The position numbers and the translations under genes were made by a program. The notes below the pieces were generated by a model. That model had not been told where the DNA came from, made no database searches, and saw only the letters and a program-made list of their open reading frames with translations. From an uncultured Acidimicrobiaceae bacterium (GTDB taxonomy: Bacteria > Actinomycetota > Acidimicrobiia > Acidimicrobiales > RAAP-2), in NCBI GenBank assembly GCA_963812525.1, contig CAWEVL010000007.1, forward strand, positions 9-64,008: 64,000 nucleotides of DNA. Direction: 5' to 3'. Shown here one piece after another: positions 59,154 to 64,000 of this stretch. Position 1 is the first letter of the stretch. Every line of letters starts with the position of its first letter.

Positions 59154-59929
59154 TCAGGCCGAGGCCGGCGGCCCGGCCGGGCCGGCGCCGCCACCCGCGC
59201 CGCCGTCCCGGTCCCCGTCGGCGAACTCGACGGCCAGCCGGCGGCGCTCCCGGCGCTTGAGCACGGTGCGGACCACCACGGCCACCACCACGATGGCCGC
59301 CACCGCCGCCAGCGACCACAGGCCGACCTCCTTCAGGATCCGCTCGAACGAGAGCCCGACCACGTAGCCGAGGAGGGTGTAGCCCACACCCCAGATCAGG
59401 CCACCGAGCGCGTTGTAGAACAGGAAGACCCGATAGCGGAGGCCGCTCATGCCGGCCAGGCCGGGGATGAGGGCGCGGGCAAAGGCCACGAAGCGACCCA
59501 GGAAGACGGCCGGGCCCCCGTAGCGCTCGAGCATGCCCATGGTGCGGCGGACGGCGGCGTTCCCCTTGAGGGGGCGGCGCTCGAGCAGGTGGGGGCCGGC
59601 CCGCTTGCCGACCTCGAACCCGACCGAGTCGCCGACGATGGCCAGACCACCACCACCGCCATCATCACCCCCAGGTTGACGGCGCCGAGCCCGGCCAGCA
59701 CGCCGCCGATGACCACCGCCGTTTCGCCGGGGATGAAGAACCCGACCAGGAGCGCCGCCTCGGCGAAGGCCAGGAACCCGACCAGGAGGTAGGCCGTCGG
59801 GCCGTGGAAGTGGAGGAGCCAGCCGGTGACCCCACCGGGGTTGGTGCCGGAGTCGGCCGAGGCCGCCACCAGCTGGAGCGTGCCCAGCCCCCAGGCCGTC
59901 ACCGGTTCACCGTCAGCACCATCGGGCAC
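59154..59929 (-). CDS. DedA-family membrane protein; apparent 1-nt deletion near 59640-59648
   Basis: FIPGETAVVIGGVLAG is in the ORF 59447..59929 frame. GDSVGFEVGKRAG...FLGRFVAFARALIPGLAGMS is in the ORF 59154..59540 frame. The start is uncertain. Confidence 0.8.
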
Positions 59930-59968
59930 CGGGGGCGACCGCGGCCCACCGGGTCGCCCAGGGGCAGG

Positions 59969-60392
59969 TCACCGGGCCAGGGTCACGCTCATCCAGGTAC
60001 GACGGCGGCAGGCCGGGCAGGTCATCCACCGGTCGAACACCCGCCGGGGAAGCCAGGCCCCGAAGGGGAATTGGAGCCAGAGGAAGTCGAGGATCCCCAC
60101 GCGGGTGACCGAGCCGCACGAGGAGCAGGCGACGGCGAAGACCCCGCGTGGCGGCAGGGGGTCGGTGGCGGACACCTCCGCCCTCTCTGCCTCACCGGCC
60201 GGGGTGGCCGCGGAGAACAGGGCGTGCTTGCCCGTCGGTCGGGCGTGCCGTCGGTCCGGGACCCAGCTGGACGGTGTCGGTCGCCGCCACGGCGCCTCGG
60301 CCGGGTCGGTACCCGTCCCCTTCGACGGACTGCTCGTCCACCGGCAGCCAGTAGAGCGCCCGCTTCCCCAACGGGTCGGGACCGTCCGGCAC
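59969..60392 (-). CDS. Hypothetical protein ending in a CxxC...CxxC zinc-ribbon-like motif; possibly one gene with a +1 frameshift joining ORFs 60192..60392 and 59969..60175
   Basis: The GTG at 60392 overlaps the parA-like stop (TAGTG). The downstream ORF has CSSCGS...CPACRR. The 60175 frame stays open upstream of its annotated start. Confidence 0.4.
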
Positions 60393-61177
60393 TAGCCAAC
60401 GGTGCCGGCGACCACGCTCATGTCGAGCAGGGTGCGGGCCAGCTGTTGATAGGCGAGTGCCCCGGGCGAGTTCGGCGCGTGCTGGAGAATGGATTTCCCT
60501 CGGGCCGGGGCCTCGGCGAACCGGATCGACTTACGGACAGGGGGCTGCAGCACCGGGATCCCGTAGCGGGATTCGACCTCTTCGATGATGTGCCGGGCAT
60601 GCCGGGTGCGGTCGTCGTACATCGTGGCGATGATGCCTCGGACGCTGAGATCGCTGTTGGCGAAGGCCCGGACGTCCTCGATGGTCTCGAGCAGCTGGCC
60701 CACCCCTCGGTGGGACAGGGCCTCGCACTGCAGCGGGATCAGCACGGCGTTGGCCGCGGTGAGCCCGTTGATGGTCAGGACACCCAGCGACGGGGGGCAG
60801 TCGATGAGGATCAGGTCGTAGCGTCCGAGCACGGGCTCGAGGGCCCGCGCCAGGACGTGTTCACGACCGGTCCGGGTGAGCAGGTGGACCTCGGAGCCGG
60901 CCAGATCGATGGTGGCCGGCAGCACGTCGAGCAGGGCCACCCCGGGCACGGGCAGGGCGACGTCGGACACGCTGTCGCGTCGGACGAAGACGTCGTGGAG
61001 CGAGCGGTCGAGGGCGTCGGGGTCGAAGCCCAGGGAGTAGGTCAGGCAGGCCTGGGGGTCGAGGTCGACGACCAGGGTGCGCCGCCCGAAGCCGGCCGAG
61101 GCCACGCCGAGGGAGTGGACCGTGGTGGTCTTGGCCACGCCCCCCTTCTGGTTGGCCACAGCCAGCACGTCGGTCAC
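60392..61177 (-). CDS. ParA/Soj-family ATPase (chromosomal orphan type)
   Basis: Deviant Walker A NQKGGVAKTT and DLDPQ. 261 aa. Confidence 0.9.
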   Translation of the reverse strand: MTDVLAVANQKGGVAKTTTVHSLGVASAGFGRRTLVVDLDPQACLTYSLGFDPDALDRSLHDVFVRRDSVSDVALPVPGVALLDVLPATIDLAGSEVHLLTRTGREHVLARALEPVLGRYDLILIDCPPSLGVLTINGLTAANAVLIPLQCEALSHRGVGQLLETIEDVRAFANSDLSVRGIIATMYDDRTRHARHIIEEVESRYGIPVLQPPVRKSIRFAEAPARGKSILQHAPNSPGALAYQQLARTLLDMSVVAGTVG

Positions 61178-61217
61178 CGGCGAAGTCTATGCCGGGCCGG
61201 GGGGTCCACGACGAGGC

Positions 61218-63486
61218 TCACGAGCCGGCCATGCCCACCACGGGCCGGGCCAGCTGGATGCCACCGGTGGAGCCCAGGAAGGGGGCGGCGAAGCTGAAGA
61301 CCCCCCCGTCGGCGGCGGTGAAGCGGTAGCCGCTCCCGTTGGAGGTCTCGGCCATGCCCACGATGGGGGCGTTGAGGTGGAGGCTCCCCGTCGAGCCGTA
61401 GAAGGGGGCGCCACCGAAGGAGAACACCCCGCCGTCGGCGGCCGTCTCCCAGTAGCCCCCGGTATTGGCGTCGTTGGTGGTGCTCACGACGGGCTGGTTC
61501 AGGCGCACCCGGCCCTCGGAGCCGGCGAACGGGGCGTCGCCGAAGGAGAAGATGCCGCCGTCGGAGGCGACCATTCGGTAGCCACCGCCGTCGGTGGACG
61601 ACGAGATCCCCACCACCGGGCTGTTCAGGTGCTGGCCGCCCATGGACCCGAGGAACCTGGCATCGCCGAAGGAGAAGATGCCGCCGTCGGCGGCCACCTC
61701 CCAGTAGCCGCCGCCATCAGGGGTGGCGGCCATGCCCACGATGGGGGCGTTGAGGTGGGTGCCGCCCATCGAGCCGAAGAAGCTGGCGCCGCCGAAGGAG
61801 AAGATGCCGCCGTCGGCGGCCACCTCCCAGTACCCGCCGGAGCCCGGCGCCATGGCCATGCCCACGATCGGGGCATTGAGGCGGGTGCCGCCGGTGGAGC
61901 CGCAGAACGGCATGGAGCCGAAGGAGAAGATGCCGCCGTCGGAGGCCACGAGGTCGTAGCCCGAGTAGGCCGCCGACGGCACCGAGCAGGGAGGGATGGA
62001 GCCGGTCGGCGTGGTCCCCCCGGCGTTCCCGGTGAGCTGCGGATCGTGATGGAACATGGGCCACGCCGCCCCGGCCACGGCACCCGCGCCGCTGGAACCG
62101 GAGATCTCGTAGTGATCGATCTCGCCCACCCCGGCCGGGGAGCGGCTGGAGGCCGTGTAGCCGGCCAGGGTGATCCCGATGGTTCCGTTGGGGTCGTCGG
62201 TGACCAGGGGCGAGTTCTGCAGGCCGAGACTGGGGCTGAGGTCGGCGATCTGGCTCCCGGTCCGCCCGTCGAGGACCAGGGTGCCGGCGATGGTGGGGAC
62301 CAGGACGTCGTCGTAGCCGGTGCCGCCGAGGTCGGCGGTGACCACCGACCCGATGACCCGGTTGATGCCGCTGACCTTCCAGATCGTCTGCCCGGTGGTG
62401 GCGTCGAGGACCCAGACCGAACCACCGAAGACGGTGCGGTCGGTACCCTCCACCACCTGGAGCGACCCGTTCCCCAGGACGTCGGACAGGGCCGGGGACG
62501 AGAAGGTGTCGCCGTCGAGTGTGGCCGACCACCGCAGCCGGCAGTGGGTGTCGTAGGCCTTCACCGTGTTGGTGTCCGAGGCCCCGGGGAAGAAGCCGCC
62601 GGTGCCCACCACGATGCCGGTCGCCCCTCCGGCCAGGATGCCGCCCACCGCCGGTGAGGAGTCGACGGTCTGGTCGGTGTCGGCGCGGCAGATCTGGTTC
62701 CCCTGGGCGCTCAGGATCCTCAGGTGTCCCCCGTCGGAGTACGGCTGACCGGCCCCGAAGCCGGCCGTCTGGTCCCCGCCGTAGATGATCTCGGTCTGGC
62801 CGGTGCCGTACAGGTCGGCCAGGGCCGCGGTGGAGTGCGTGCTGTCGGTGTTGAGGAAGGGCCAGCCGGTCAGCGGGGTCCCGGTGGTGGCGTTGAGGGC
62901 GTAGGAGACCTGACCCAGGGAACCGGCGACGGCGTCGGGGCCGCCGGACTGGAGCGACCCGACGGCCAGGCCGGCCTGGACGCCGCCGAACGGGTCGGTG
63001 TCGCTCGGGCGGGTTCACCACCGGGGTGAACCACTGCTGGATCCCCGAGGGAGTGAACGCCGAGTACCCGCCGGGCACCGGGTCGCCGTCGTTTCCCGAC
63101 CCGACCAGCACCGAGGTCTGCCCGCCTGAGGTGGCGACGGAGGGCGTCGAGTCGATGGGGCCGCTCTCGTTGGTGGCGGGCCAACCGGCCACGGCCACCG
63201 CTGACGAGCCGCCCAGGTGGTAGGCGAAGAGGTTGCCGGTGCGGTCCCCCACGACCACCGACGGGTGGCCTCCCAGTGTCACCGGCACCGGGGAGGACAT
63301 GGCGATCGGCCCACCGTCGTCGGGCAGGTGTCCCGTGGTCCACGTCTCGGTGAAGCTGGCGCCGCTGAGGGACGGGGTCGGCGTGGACGCGGACCCCGAG
63401 GCGAAGGCGTCGGGGACGCCCACCAGGGCGGCGAGGGCCACGAGGGTCACGACGCGCCGGACAGGGGGAGACCCGGGGCACGCCAC
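61218..63486 (-). CDS. Secreted protein with an FG-GAP/BamB-like propeller followed by six copies of the same 42-aa repeat as 22130..22885; apparent +1 frameshift at about 63004-63014
   Basis: GTG at 63486 gives the signal peptide VACPGSPPVRRVVTLVALAALVGVPDAFA. The N-terminal part is in the ORF 61717..63825 frame and the rest in the 61218..62648 frame, which is open up to about 63010. A WPMFHHDPQLTGN motif precedes the repeats. Confidence 0.7.
61221..61958 (-). repeat. Six tandem 126-nt coding repeats (last copy shortened); consensus YWEVAADGGIFSFGDAxFxGSMGGxHLNAPIVGMAxxxDGGG
   Basis: 42-aa periodicity read from the translation. It is paralogous to the module at 22130..22885. Confidence 0.9.
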
Positions 63487-63586
63487 CCCCCGGGAACCGG
63501 AAGGCGGGACCGGGCGTGCAGACGCGCCAGGCCACCGACCCGTCGGTCGCGGTTCCCACGGTCGACCGCCGTCCGGGGTCGCTGTT

Positions 63587-63611
63587 GGATCGATCCACGG
63601 AATTCGATCGA
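63587..63611. promoter_or_regulatory. Cluster of palindromes GGATCGATCC / GAATTC / TCGATCGA in the 5' region of the FG-GAP-repeat gene
   Basis: Read directly. It lies in a locally low-GC patch about 100-125 nt upstream of the GTG at 63486. Confidence 0.25.
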
Positions 63612-63697
63612 CACAGAGTAGGTGAGGCCGACCGGGACCGTGGACCGGGGAGCCGGACGACGGGGCTCGGGCGGCCCGGCCACCGCGCCCCGGCAGG

Positions 63698-63771
63698 CGC
63701 CCCCGGCAGGAGTCGAACCCGCAACCTGATGGGTAGAAACCACCTGCTCTATCCAGTTGAGCTACAGGGGC
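63698..63771 (-). tRNA. tRNA-Arg (anticodon TCT)
   Basis: Cloverleaf folded by hand: acceptor GCCCCTG/CGGGGGC, anticodon loop TTTCTAC, T-loop TTCGACT. Confidence 0.9.
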
Positions 63772-63837
63772 CAGCCCGGGCAAGGCTACCGTCACGGCCC
63801 TCACGGTCACCGGACTGTGCCACACTAGAGGCTCCTT

Positions 63838-63911
63838 GGTGGCCGTAGCTCAGTTGGCAGAGCGCCGGGATGTGGCCCCGGAGGTCGCGGGTTCGAGCCC
63901 CGTCGGTCACC
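63838..63911 (+). tRNA. tRNA-His (anticodon GTG) with encoded G-1
   Basis: Acceptor GTGGCCG/CGGTCAC preceded by G. Anticodon loop ATGTGGC, T-loop TTCGAGC. Confidence 0.9.
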
Positions 63912-63970
63912 CTCTTGCCCCGGGGAGTCTTCAGTACCAGGCCGGCTGGGACAGTACGGTGGTAGTGCAG

Positions 63971-64000
63971 GCGCCTCTAGCTCAACGGCAGAGCAACGGA
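63971..64000 (+). tRNA. 5' part of a tRNA truncated by the window end (identity not determinable, possibly Lys)
   Basis: GCGCCTC-TA-GCTC-AACGGCA-GAGC is a canonical acceptor plus D-arm. The anticodon lies beyond the window. Confidence 0.6.

Noticed and set aside
61717-63825. 702-aa ORF extending the FG-GAP gene upstream across 63487..63825.
   Set aside because: The upstream part runs through the tRNA-Arg gene on the same strand and is Arg/Gly-rich. A GTG at 63486 gives a canonical signal peptide. Downstream of about 63010 this frame is nonsense, and the real protein continues in the 61218..62648 frame.
63698-64000. tRNA cluster (Arg, His and a partial tRNA) as the boundary of a genomic island containing the secreted repeat protein.
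   Set aside because: No integrase, transposase or duplicated tRNA 3' fragment was seen in the window. A composition shift cannot be judged by eye, so this remains unsupported.

Overview
The window is a high-GC (about 70%) chromosomal core segment with actinobacterial gene order. Running mostly on the minus strand it reads proS-ispG-rseP-dxr-cdsA-frr-pyrH-tsf-rpsB-whiG-xerC, then nadD-rsfS, then proA-proB-obg-rpmA-rplU-rne, then mrdA-mreDCB-ndk-folC-clpX-clpP-tig. Mycothiol- and F420-type enzymes, a single clpP and an mre cluster suggest an Acidimicrobiia-like Actinomycetota; this taxonomic guess is inference only. The plus-strand islands are an SBP plus mtrA-mtrB-lpqB-like genes (13.4-18.0 kb), aroG plus a repeat-propeller/lysozyme-like protein (20.4-23.5 kb), and a signalling and secreted-protein region (49-59 kb). 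There are three complete tRNAs (Pro-TGG, Arg-TCT, His-GTG) and one tRNA truncated by the window edge. I recognised no rRNA, CRISPR array, transposase, prophage or known defence system. Most long ORFs in the supplied track that lie antisense to or overlap these genes are GC-rich shadow ORFs. The main caveat is that at least 13 conserved genes are broken by single-base frameshifts, almost all at short C/G runs. This creates artificial fused or split ORFs such as the 1100-aa 'Dxr-RseP' and the 808-aa 'Obg-ProB'. The cause is most likely assembly or sequencing error, so I annotate these genes as single CDSs with a frameshift note. The most interesting content, in rough order:
- A 42-aa tandem repeat module that I cannot place in a named family. 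It occurs as six copies in each of two secreted proteins, one fused to a lysozyme-like domain and one to an FG-GAP-type propeller.
- A MoxR(CoxD-like)-VWA(CoxE-like)-histidine phosphatase cassette, start/stop-overlapped with proA.
- A conserved radical-SAM plus DUF2344-type pair of unknown function next to rne.
- A WhiG/FliA-type sigma factor with a basic 9-aa-repeat tail.
- CdsA with a 440-aa acidic N-terminal extension.
- A perfect 30-bp coding tandem repeat in a GGDEF-EAL protein.
- A 50-aa zinc-ribbon ORF that is absent from the ORF track.
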